Source: Candidatus Sigynarchaeum calidifontis (GTDB taxonomy: Archaea > Asgardarchaeota > Lokiarchaeia > Sigyniarchaeales > Sigyniarchaeaceae). Taken from it: a stretch of 14,067 nt of DNA. The stretch lies in contig JAUQYZ020000110.1 of NCBI GenBank assembly GCA_030587475.2, forward strand, positions 1 to 14,067, in the 5' to 3' direction. Position 1 is the first letter of the stretch. Every line of letters starts with the position of its first letter. Under the pieces are notes generated by a model, which saw only the letters and a list, made by a program, of their open reading frames with translations, made no database searches and was not told where the DNA came from. This document shows positions 1 to 6,796 of this stretch, piece after piece. The position numbers and the translations under genes were made by a program.

Positions 1-833
1 TTCTTGAGCATCTTCTCCTCTTCATCGAGGAATGCTTGTACTTGGGTCGGATCCTTGACCTTGACTTCAGCATCGAATTCCGTCTTGGTGATTTCTAAGG
101 CAGCGTCGATAAGCGCGATCTTGACGTTTTCGAGGCGCTTGGGCATGGCCATCGAGACGACCTCCTTGTCGACGATGATGCCGGCGACCATTTTCGTATC
201 GTGTATCGACTTGCCCTCTTTCTTGATGATCTGGATCTGCTTGATGTCACAGATAGATTTCCCGTCGCGCTGCTCCGTGATAGCGAGGCAAGCATCGACG
301 CAGATATCGGCCAGCATCTCCCTTTCGCCCGCAAGGCCCTTGCTGTTCATGCAAGTGATGGCGAGATTTTTGAGCACCTTTTTCTGGTCGGTTTTTGTTA
401 TCTTTATGGCATTGGCATTGAGCATCTCCAGGGCCTTGTCCATCGCGAGCTTGTACCCTTTCGTGATGACGGTCGGATGTATCCCTTGATCCAGCAATTC
501 TTGCGCGACCTTCAACAGCGTGCCCGCGATGAGCACCGTGCTGGTCGTCCCGTCACCGACTTTCTCGTCTTGCGCTTTGGCCAACTGAACCATGGTTTTT
601 GCCATGGGATGTTCAACTTGCATCTCATCCAAGACGGTGGCTCCATCGTTCGTGATGGTAACATCGCCGAGGTTGTCCACCATGAGTTTATCAAGCCCCT
701 TGGGGCCGAGGGTCGATTTGATAACCTCACTGATCGCAACCGCTGCTGCGATGTTACTTTTTTGTGCGTCTTTTCCTGTCCTGTGCTCAGTTCCCTCCTT
801 GAGTACAAGAATTGGCATATTCTGAAGGCTCAC
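1..833 (-). CDS. ths: Thermosome subunit (group II chaperonin, Cpn60/TCP-1 family), 3' end outside window
   Basis: Not in the ORF track because it has no stop in the window. Manual translation from GTG at 833 (alternative ATG at 818): MSLQNMPILVLKEGT...KSTLGPKGLDKLMVDNLGDVTITNDGATVLDEMQVEHP...AQDEKVGDGTTS...GIHPTVI. These are the TLGPKG, TITNDG and GDGTT signatures. An in-frame TGA just upstream limits the start. Confidence 0.97.
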   Translation of the reverse strand, partial: MSLQNMPILVLKEGTEHRTGKDAQKSNIAAAVAISEVIKSTLGPKGLDKLMVDNLGDVTITNDGATVLDEMQVEHPMAKTMVQLAKAQDEKVGDGTTSTVLIAGTLLKVAQELLDQGIHPTVITKGYKLAMDKALEMLNANAIKITKTDQKKVLKNLAITCMNSKGLAGEREMLADICVDACLAITEQRDGKSICDIKQIQIIKKEGKSIHDTKMVAGIIVDKEVVSMAMPKRLENVKIALIDAALEITKTEFDAEVKVKDPTQVQAFLDEEEKMLK

Positions 834-1087
834 GTTAACACACCATCACACCATTTGATTGCAGTGATGATAAGTCTAGTATGTATCTCGAAATGCATGG
901 GTCTAAAAAAATTTGATCGATTAGGACTTCTATATATACAACTGCAACATATGGCTTGCCCAAGACACGTCGAGGCTTTCTACAGAAAAGTGTTATATTG
1001 CACATCAAGGATTGAAAAAACCGATCGAAACATACAAAGATAGCTTGCGTTTATCCTCAAAAATTGCCCCCGATTCACTTGCGGGAT

Positions 1088-1103
1088 GAATAAAGTTAAA
1101 AAG
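1088..1103 (+). promoter_or_regulatory. Putative BRE/TATA promoter for the trp leader-trpB2 transcript
   Basis: Purine-rich GAATAAAG followed by TTAAAAAG (1096-1103). The expected TSS (~1120-1130) lies upstream of the leader ORF. No comparable TATA was seen between 1300 and the trpB2 start. Confidence 0.5.
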
Positions 1104-1169
1104 TCCCGTCGGAATCAACATAATAACGCAATACTCGGATGGATTCTGATGACGTGCCGAAGGATTCTG

Positions 1170-1205
1170 ATGAGGACCATTGCATGGGCTTGGCGGGTCC
1201 ACTAG
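1170..1205 (+). CDS. trpL: Putative tryptophan attenuator leader peptide MRTIAWAWRVH (longer in-frame starts at 1149 and 1086)
   Basis: ATG AGG ACC ATT GCA TGG GCT TGG CGG GTC CAC TAG, with two Trp codons (1185-1187, 1191-1193). AAGGA SD-like sequence at 1160-1164. It ends 158 nt upstream of trpB2 and overlaps attenuator-like hairpins. Confidence 0.7.
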   Translation: MRTIAWAWRVH

Positions 1206-1306
1206 ACACGCACGAGCTACCGCACAGTTCCCCGAGCTAGCGTCCCTCGTTTCTTGAACCGTCCGCGTGCGTTTTGATGCGCGCGACGGGAACGTTTTTC
1301 TTGTTT
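1187..1306 (+). promoter_or_regulatory. Putative Trp transcription attenuator (1:2, 2:3 antiterminator, 3:4 terminator)
   Basis: 1:2 is GGCTTG-GCG-g-GTC (1187-1199) with GAC-a-CGC-a-CGAGCT (1205-1218). 2:3 is ACGCACG (1208-1214), the perfect complement of CGTGCGT (1266-1272). 3:4 is 1259-1272 with 1277-1289, followed by the U-rich tract at 1295-1306. Confidence 0.65.
1248..1306 (+). terminator. GC-rich hairpin plus U-tract (attenuator terminator) upstream of trpB2
   Basis: CCGTC-c-GCGTGCGT (1259-1272), loop TTTG, then ATGCGCGC-GACGG (1277-1289): 13 bp including 2 G-U pairs. A lower stem pairs CGTTT (1248-1252) with GAACG (1290-1294), immediately followed by TTTTTCTTGTTT. Confidence 0.65.
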
Positions 1307-1363
1307 GATGCAATATTCGAGAAGAAATCGTAGTATTCCAGAACATGATAGAAGGTAAGAACC

Positions 1364-2752
1364 ATGGATGTAACAAACCCTATCATCCGGCTCCCGCCGG
1401 AAAAGCTTCCGAAGAACTACCTGAACTTGGCGGTTCACCTGGGCTATAACTTGCCGTTGATCAGCCCGGTGACCATGAAACCCGCGACGCCAGAGGAGGC
1501 GCTCATGATGTTCCCGCAAGGCGTCGTGGCGCAGGAGATGAATTTCGCCGATCGCGAGATTCCCATCGACGACGAGCTACGCGCTGCCTATTACTACGCG
1601 CAGCGCCCCACGCCGCTCCACCGCGCATTTCGACTGGAGAAGGCTCTCGGTCTCTACGACGGCGTTCACATTTACTACAAGAACGAGTCCGTCTCGCCGA
1701 CCGGCAGCCACAAGACGAACACGGCCATTGCCCAGGCCTACTACGCGAAAAAACAAGGCATCAAGGCCTTCGCGACCGAGACCGGTGCCGGTCAATGGGG
1801 CTCCGCGCTGTCCTACGCGTGTGCCCTCTTCGGACTCGAATGCCGGGTCTACATGGTACGCGCCTCTTACCGCCAGAAACCCTACCGTGGCATCCTCATG
1901 CGCACGTACGGCGCCACGGTCGCCGAATCGCCGTCCAACTTGACGGACGTCGGCAAGAAATTCTACGAGAAGGATCCCAACCATCCTGGCTCGCTCGGCA
2001 TCGCGATCTCAGAGGCCATCGAGGACGTGATCAAGCACAACGACACGACTCGCTACTCGCTCGGTTCGGTCATCAACTCAGTCCTCCTCCACCAGTCCAT
2101 CGTCGGCCAGGAGGCAAAGATGCAGATGGAAATGGCCAAGGAATACCCCGACGTCGTGATCGGCTGCCACGGCGGCGGTTCCAATTTCTTCGGCTCCGCG
2201 TCCGCATTTCTCGCGGATAAGATCGATGGAAAGGCGGATCCAACGATCATTGCGGCCGAAGCAGCGGCTGCTCCCAAGCTCACGAAGGGAGTCTACAAGT
2301 TCGATTACGGCGACACCGGCCACGTTGCGCCCATTGCCAAGATGTACACGGTTGGCTCTGACTTCATCCCGGCGCCCGTCCACGCGGGAGGTTTGCGGTA
2401 CCACGGCGCTGCTATGCTCGTCTCACTCGCTCTCAGCAAGAAACTCATCAGCGCGGTTGCATTGCAGCAGCTCGAGGTCATCAAGGCCGGGATCACCTTT
2501 GCAAAAAGCGAGGGCTTCGTCCCCGCGCCCGAGACCTGCCACGCCATCTGCGAGGCCATCAACCAGGCCAAGGCCGCAAGTGACAAGAAACAGAAAAAGG
2601 TCATCTTCTTCAACTGCAGCGGCCACGGGTACTTCGACATGGCAGCGTATGGCGACTTCATGGACGGGAAGCTCATCAACTACGAGTTACCCGACGAGAA
2701 GATCAAGGATTCTCTCTCCCGGCTTCCCAAGGTCGAAGGTCCTTGGGTGTAA
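1364..2752 (+). CDS. trpB2: Tryptophan synthase beta chain 2 (TrpB2, PLP-dependent), stand-alone
   Basis: 462 aa. YYKNESVSPTGSHKTN (PLP lysine), TETGAGQWG, GSLGIAISEA, GCHGGGSN, HAGGLRYHG, PAPET and NCSGHG are TrpB2-type motifs. No trpA is adjacent. Confidence 0.95.
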   Translation: MDVTNPIIRLPPEKLPKNYLNLAVHLGYNLPLISPVTMKPATPEEALMMFPQGVVAQEMNFADREIPIDDELRAAYYYAQRPTPLHRAFRLEKALGLYDGVHIYYKNESVSPTGSHKTNTAIAQAYYAKKQGIKAFATETGAGQWGSALSYACALFGLECRVYMVRASYRQKPYRGILMRTYGATVAESPSNLTDVGKKFYEKDPNHPGSLGIAISEAIEDVIKHNDTTRYSLGSVINSVLLHQSIVGQEAKMQMEMAKEYPDVVIGCHGGGSNFFGSASAFLADKIDGKADPTIIAAEAAAAPKLTKGVYKFDYGDTGHVAPIAKMYTVGSDFIPAPVHAGGLRYHGAAMLVSLALSKKLISAVALQQLEVIKAGITFAKSEGFVPAPETCHAICEAINQAKAASDKKQKKVIFFNCSGHGYFDMAAYGDFMDGKLINYELPDEKIKDSLSRLPKVEGPWV

Positions 2753-2783
2753 ACAGAAGCCACGAGCAACCAGTTCCGTACCG

Positions 2784-2809
2784 GTTTTCCTTATTTTTTA
2801 TCCACTTTC
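2784..2809 (+). terminator. Pyrimidine/U-rich archaeal terminator after trpB2
   Basis: TTTTCCTTATTTTTTATCCACTTTCC about 30 nt after the stop, in the gap between convergent genes. Confidence 0.45.
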
Positions 2810-2828
2810 CCATATAGAACGAACCTGT

Positions 2829-3521
2829 TCATTCTTTCCGGCGGTGCGTGCACGTTTCCTTGAGCTCGCAGTGTTCGCACGGAGATCCGGATTCCTGGCC
2901 GAGAGGGCGCGGCCCGGCGCCCATGATAAAGGATACCGACTTGATCGGCACCATGAGCATAGACGGCTCGAGTCGGACGCCGATCACCGCGACCTCGTCC
3001 TTGAGTAAATCGAAGATGGCTTGTTGGCCGGCGATGGGCCACGCCGACTCGCCTGGGCCAAGCGGGATGCTCGCGTGCCAGCCACGGGCCTTGTAATGGT
3101 CAAATTGCAGCCGCAAGGCGAGCTGTTCCCGGATGGCGCCAGCCGCCCACGATGCCAGCAGATCGAGCACGATGCCGTGGAACGTTTCACCTGCGCTCAT
3201 GTATTCCTTGGCCTTGTGTTCCATGCCCGGGCCGATCGTGCACACGCCAGCAACCAGTTCCGTGGCGCCGCAGATGACCTTCACCACGGGACCCCCGCCG
3301 ATCCGCACACCGTTCGCAAGGACGACCTTGTCGTGTTCGATGCCCGTGATGGGGAACACTGCCCACGCCGCAGCCGGCTTGGCGAGCTCGGCGAGTTCTT
3401 TCTTCGCTGTCTCGATGATCGCCATGTTGCGCTGTGACTTGAGAACGCGCTCCGCTCCCTTGCCGAGCCGCTGCCGGATCATGGCGTCATCGACGGCCAG
3501 GTCGAAGTCGGTCGTGATCAC
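2829..3521 (-). CDS. Vitamin B12-dependent methionine synthase activation domain-like protein (stand-alone)
   Basis: C-terminal part of track ORF 2829..3914. Its N-terminal part overlaps leuA and is spurious. Motifs GVCTIG, LGPGESAWPIAGQQAIFDLL, IGVRLEPSMLMVPIKSVSFIMG and C-terminal CEHCELKETC. Start is probably GTG 3521 (alternative ATG 3482). Confidence 0.8.
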   Translation of the reverse strand: MITTDFDLAVDDAMIRQRLGKGAERVLKSQRNMAIIETAKKELAELAKPAAAWAVFPITGIEHDKVVLANGVRIGGGPVVKVICGATELVAGVCTIGPGMEHKAKEYMSAGETFHGIVLDLLASWAAGAIREQLALRLQFDHYKARGWHASIPLGPGESAWPIAGQQAIFDLLKDEVAVIGVRLEPSMLMVPIKSVSFIMGAGPRPLGQESGSPCEHCELKETCTHRRKE

Positions 3522-3540
3522 GATGGGATCATTGATGGCG

Positions 3541-3560
3541 GGAGGGAAAAAAAGGAGAAG
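3541..3560 (-). terminator. U-tract terminator after leuA
   Basis: The minus strand reads CTTCTCCTTTTTTTCCCTCC about 30 nt after the leuA stop. Confidence 0.45.
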
Positions 3561-3586
3561 TGCCGGAAGACTTGACTTTTCACAGG

Positions 3587-5254
3587 CTAGAAGGTCGGGC
3601 GCGCAGCGGTCGTGTCCTTGCCGTCGGGGGTGCCTTTCTTGCGCATCTTCATGAGCTTGTTGAGCGCGTTCATGACGGCTTGCACGCTCGACATGACGAT
3701 GTCCTCGTGGGCAGCGTGACCAGCGACTATGATGCCGTTCTCGTCCTTGATCTTGATGGACGTGACGCCGAGCGCATCGGTACCACCAGTGACCGCCTCG
3801 ATCTCGTATTCCAGGAGCTCGACTTTGCCGATTTCCTTGAAGGTCTTGAGGATGGATTTGACAGCGGCGTCGACCGGGCCGACCCCGATCGACGAATCGA
3901 TGCGCTGCTCCCATCCGCCGTTGATCCGAACGCGGATCTTGGCAGTAGCCGTGGGCGTGACCGAGCCCGTGAGGACCGTGAGCTCATCGAGGATGACTGT
4001 CTTGTCTTGCTGGGCCATCTTGCCCGTGACATCGTTCGCGATCGTGAGCAAGTCGATATCCAGGATCTTTTTCTTTTTATCCCCGAGTGATTTCAATTTT
4101 TCCATTATCTCGGTAAATTGCTCGTCCGTGTACGTGACGCCGAGCTCGTCGAGCTTGGCCTTGAGCGCGTGGCCGCCCGTGTGCTTGCCGACCGTGATCG
4201 ACTGGGCGACGATGTCGGACAAATCATCGGTACGCGGGTAACCGATGAGCTCGGGCGTGAGCGGCTCGTACGTGCGCGGGTTCTGGATGACCGCGTGCGC
4301 GTGGATGCCGGACTCGTGGCGGAAAGCGTTCTTGCCGATCAAGGGAAACTGCACGGGGATCTTGATGGACGAGAAGCGCTCGATCATCTTGGAGGTCTTG
4401 TAGAGTTCCTTGTAGTTAATGCTAGTCTTGACACCATAGAGGGCATAGAGGGCCGTCGCGACTTGTTCAAAGGATGCGTTCCCCGCTCGCTCGCCGATGC
4501 CAAGGAACGTCGTGTGGATGACCTCGGCACCGTTCTCGACGCCGGCTAGCGAGTTCGCGACCGCAAGGCCGAAGTCGTTGTGACAATGGGCACATATCTT
4601 CACGCTTGCCGGGATCTGCTCGCGATTCTTGGCAACCACGTAGCCGAAAGCCTTGGGCGTCGTTGTGCCGACCGTGTCAGGAATGTTGATCCGGGTCGCG
4701 CCAGCTTTCACGGCGGCAAGGTTAGCTTGGATCAAGAAATCCAGGTCGGTACGGGTCGCGTCCTCCGCGGAAAACTCGACAGTATTGAAGTGCGACTTGG
4801 CATAACTAACCATTTCCGTGATCCTGGTCAACACTTGCTCGCGAGTCATCTTGAGCTTGTCGCGCAAGTGTAGATCGGACGTCGCGATGAACACGTGGAT
4901 CGCATTCATGTCCGCCGCGATCACCTCGTCGATGTCCTTTTTAGCAAGCCGAGCGAGGCCGATGACCTGGGCCTTCAAGCCGAGGTGGCTGATCTGCTTG
5001 CATGACTCGAAATCACCCTTTGAGACCACGGGCATGCCGGCTTCGATGATATCGATACCCAACGCGTCGAATTGCTGGGCGATTTTCAACTTCTCGTCCA
5101 AGGTGAACGAGACTTCCGGAGTCTGCTCGCCATCGCGGAGACTCGTGTCGAAAAAGTAGACGTGTTCAGGGAGTTTGGAAGAAACGAGGTTTATATGTGG
5201 ACTGACATAGATGTCCTTCTTGTCGGACTCTTTACGAGCCGAGAAAATCATCAC
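3587..5254 (-). CDS. leuA: 2-isopropylmalate synthase / citramalate synthase family (DRE-TIM) with C-terminal LeuA regulatory domain
   Basis: DTSLRDGEQTP, EFSAEDATR, IPDTVG, HCHNDFGLA, GIGERAGNA, HESGIH and GKHTG, plus regulatory domain GVGPVDAA...GGTDALG...DIVMSS. LeuA versus CimA cannot be settled by eye. Start is GTG 5254 or ATG 5251. Confidence 0.88.
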   Translation of the reverse strand: MMIFSARKESDKKDIYVSPHINLVSSKLPEHVYFFDTSLRDGEQTPEVSFTLDEKLKIAQQFDALGIDIIEAGMPVVSKGDFESCKQISHLGLKAQVIGLARLAKKDIDEVIAADMNAIHVFIATSDLHLRDKLKMTREQVLTRITEMVSYAKSHFNTVEFSAEDATRTDLDFLIQANLAAVKAGATRINIPDTVGTTTPKAFGYVVAKNREQIPASVKICAHCHNDFGLAVANSLAGVENGAEVIHTTFLGIGERAGNASFEQVATALYALYGVKTSINYKELYKTSKMIERFSSIKIPVQFPLIGKNAFRHESGIHAHAVIQNPRTYEPLTPELIGYPRTDDLSDIVAQSITVGKHTGGHALKAKLDELGVTYTDEQFTEIMEKLKSLGDKKKKILDIDLLTIANDVTGKMAQQDKTVILDELTVLTGSVTPTATAKIRVRINGGWEQRIDSSIGVGPVDAAVKSILKTFKEIGKVELLEYEIEAVTGGTDALGVTSIKIKDENGIIVAGHAAHEDIVMSSVQAVMNALNKLMKMRKKGTPDGKDTTAARPTF

Positions 5255-5369
5255 TACCCATCACGGTTCACGCTCACGACCCCAAAAAGCCGGGTCACGA
5301 CGAAAGAAGGCAAGATGACATTTAAACGATCACGTAAAACCGACGAAATAACGATGGATCCCAGCCCGC

Positions 5370-6065
5370 TCACATGTCCCTGACGTCGGGATTCATCGTC
5401 GGCTTGGTCTTTTTCGGTGCGGCGCCTTGCCCGTATGTCTGGTACAAGCCGGTACGGCGCGCACACTCGGTGAAAGCACGATACACGTTCTGGGCAGCGG
5501 GCATGATGGCGATCGAAGGATACACGAGCGGGTTCCACATGTTGAGCTCGTGGCCTGGAGGGTACATGAGCCCCTCTTGTGTTAAGAGATCTTCGACCTC
5601 CTGAACCGTCAAGACGTTCTCGAGATCAACCTTGTTGAGCATGACGATCAAGGGGATTTTACTTATGAGATCATCGCCAGCTACTGATTTCAGCTCTTTC
5701 AAGCTTTCCACGTTATCTTCCCATCTATCTCTTTGCCCGTCGAACACGAAAATAACGCCATCAGTTCCCATGAAGATTTTTTTTCGGAGTGGGCTGAACC
5801 GGGCCTGCCCGGCAACGGTATAGCAGTGAAAATAGATCGAGTTCTTCTTGGTCGATTGAAACACGCCCCTGTCGAAGTATAGCGTGCTACCAGAAGCCAT
5901 GGCGATTTTCACGAGATTGCCGGTGGGAACGACATCAAGTTTTTGCGTTTCGGTGAGATGGTATAGCGTGTCCACTGCTGTCGTTTTTCCGGAGGCAGCG
6001 CTTCCCCAATAAAGTATCTTGATGAATACCTTGTTATCGGACACCCGAACCAAATTAAATCTCAC
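5370..6065 (-). CDS. Small Ras-superfamily GTPase, MglA-like
   Basis: G1 KILYWGSAASGKTT, G2 STLYFD, G3 YTVAGQ (MglA-type TVPGQ rather than DxxG), GTDGVIFVFD and G4 NKVD. Start is uncertain (GTG 6065, TTG 6053 or GTG 6044). Confidence 0.9.
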   Translation of the reverse strand: MRFNLVRVSDNKVFIKILYWGSAASGKTTAVDTLYHLTETQKLDVVPTGNLVKIAMASGSTLYFDRGVFQSTKKNSIYFHCYTVAGQARFSPLRKKIFMGTDGVIFVFDGQRDRWEDNVESLKELKSVAGDDLISKIPLIVMLNKVDLENVLTVQEVEDLLTQEGLMYPPGHELNMWNPLVYPSIAIMPAAQNVYRAFTECARRTGLYQTYGQGAAPKKTKPTMNPDVRDM

Positions 6066-6107
6066 CAGGCTTAATTCTTGACTCGAAATCGTTAATTATT
6101 TTCTCTG

Positions 6108-6138
6108 ATCATTGAATATCTTCAATGATTTTGAAGAT
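6108..6138. repeat. Two overlapping perfect inverted repeats upstream of the GTPase gene
   Basis: ATCATTGAA-tatc-TTCAATGAT (6108-6129) and ATCTTCAA-tgatt-TTGAAGAT (6118-6138). Confidence 0.6.
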
Positions 6139-6585
6139 CCGCACCAACCCGCCTTTTAACTTGATGGCCTTTACGACATATTGGATGAGATCACGAAACC
6201 TATCTACATTAGATATGTCTCATGGACATTAAAACTTAATCGCAATGGACAATCGTTTTTCAAAGGGGATTTGACCTTCTCAGCGACTCGGACGTTTATG
6301 CTGTCGAAAATACCAGCATCTCAAATCGACGAAAATTCCCAATTCTCGATAATCTGGATGCGCGTGTCCTCATCCGAGAATGTTGTTGTACGCGCTCGCT
6401 TGGAAATGCCATTTCTGGCTCTAAAGGAACGCTTCAATCTGGCATGGCTGTTCGGTGGGAAAAAAGTGGGCTTGAAATGCATAGATATTTTCGGATGAAT
6501 TGTTGTCATGTGCCATTGCTGGCATAACGTATATGAATGGCGATTTTATTAAACCGCTATCTTCGACAAGAACCAGGTGGGAATC

Positions 6586-6735
6586 GTGCTGAACCGCAAA
6601 GAAATAGAGAAGATATTGAAGTCCATGAAGTTGAATAAGGAAGCTATCTCGATCGTCGAAATCTTGATATGCCGGCTAGCCCCGCGAGCGTCTCCTTTTT
6701 TCCATTTTTCTCCACAAGAAACACCCGTCGCTTGA
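6586..6735 (+). CDS. Possible small protein (49 aa) MLNRKEIEKILKSMKLNKEAISIVEILICRLAPRASPFFHFSPQETPVA, or a gene remnant
   Basis: GTG start with AGGTG SD (6575-6579) and TTTATTAA TATA-like box (6545-6552). The first ~28 codons look protein-like (amphipathic helix). It is shorter than any ORF in the track. Confidence 0.35.
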   Translation: MLNRKEIEKILKSMKLNKEAISIVEILICRLAPRASPFFHFSPQETPVA

Positions 6736-6796
6736 TCGTGTCCATGCTACTTGATGGGATAGTTTATAACGCCGGGTGAGCATTACGGGCAAGAAC

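Noticed and set aside
4-1043. Plus-strand ORFs 4..489 and 201..1043
   Set aside because: Antisense shadows of the thermosome gene, expected from biased codon usage.
1146-1205. Hammerhead ribozyme (CUGAUGA followed by a GGACC/GGUCC stem)
   Set aside because: The stem is followed by ACUAG rather than the required GAAA, and no stems I/III are evident.
1139-1240. 33-aa ORF MDSDDVPKDSDEDH... in the trpB2 leader
   Set aside because: It has no Trp codons or recognisable features, overlaps the Trp leader in another frame, and its repeat is just the 12-bp duplication.
1100-1310. T-box riboswitch upstream of trpB2
   Set aside because: No UGGNACC T-box bulge or stem I motifs were seen. The leader-peptide model fits better.
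3522-3914. N-terminal extension of track ORF 2829..3914, suggesting a gene overlapping leuA
   Set aside because: Arg/His-rich off-frame translation of leuA that crosses its U-tract. Family similarity begins only near 3521.
5320-5372. Selenocysteine read-through of the GTPase TGA with a downstream SECIS
   Set aside because: Read-through adds only 15 unremarkable codons before a TAA, and the nearby hairpin lacks convincing SECIS features.
6181-6509. ORFs 6181..6498 (+) and 6321..6509 (-) as the missing MglB/roadblock
   Set aside because: No roadblock-like pattern, AT-rich atypical codon usage and no clear SD. Coding status cannot be supported by eye.
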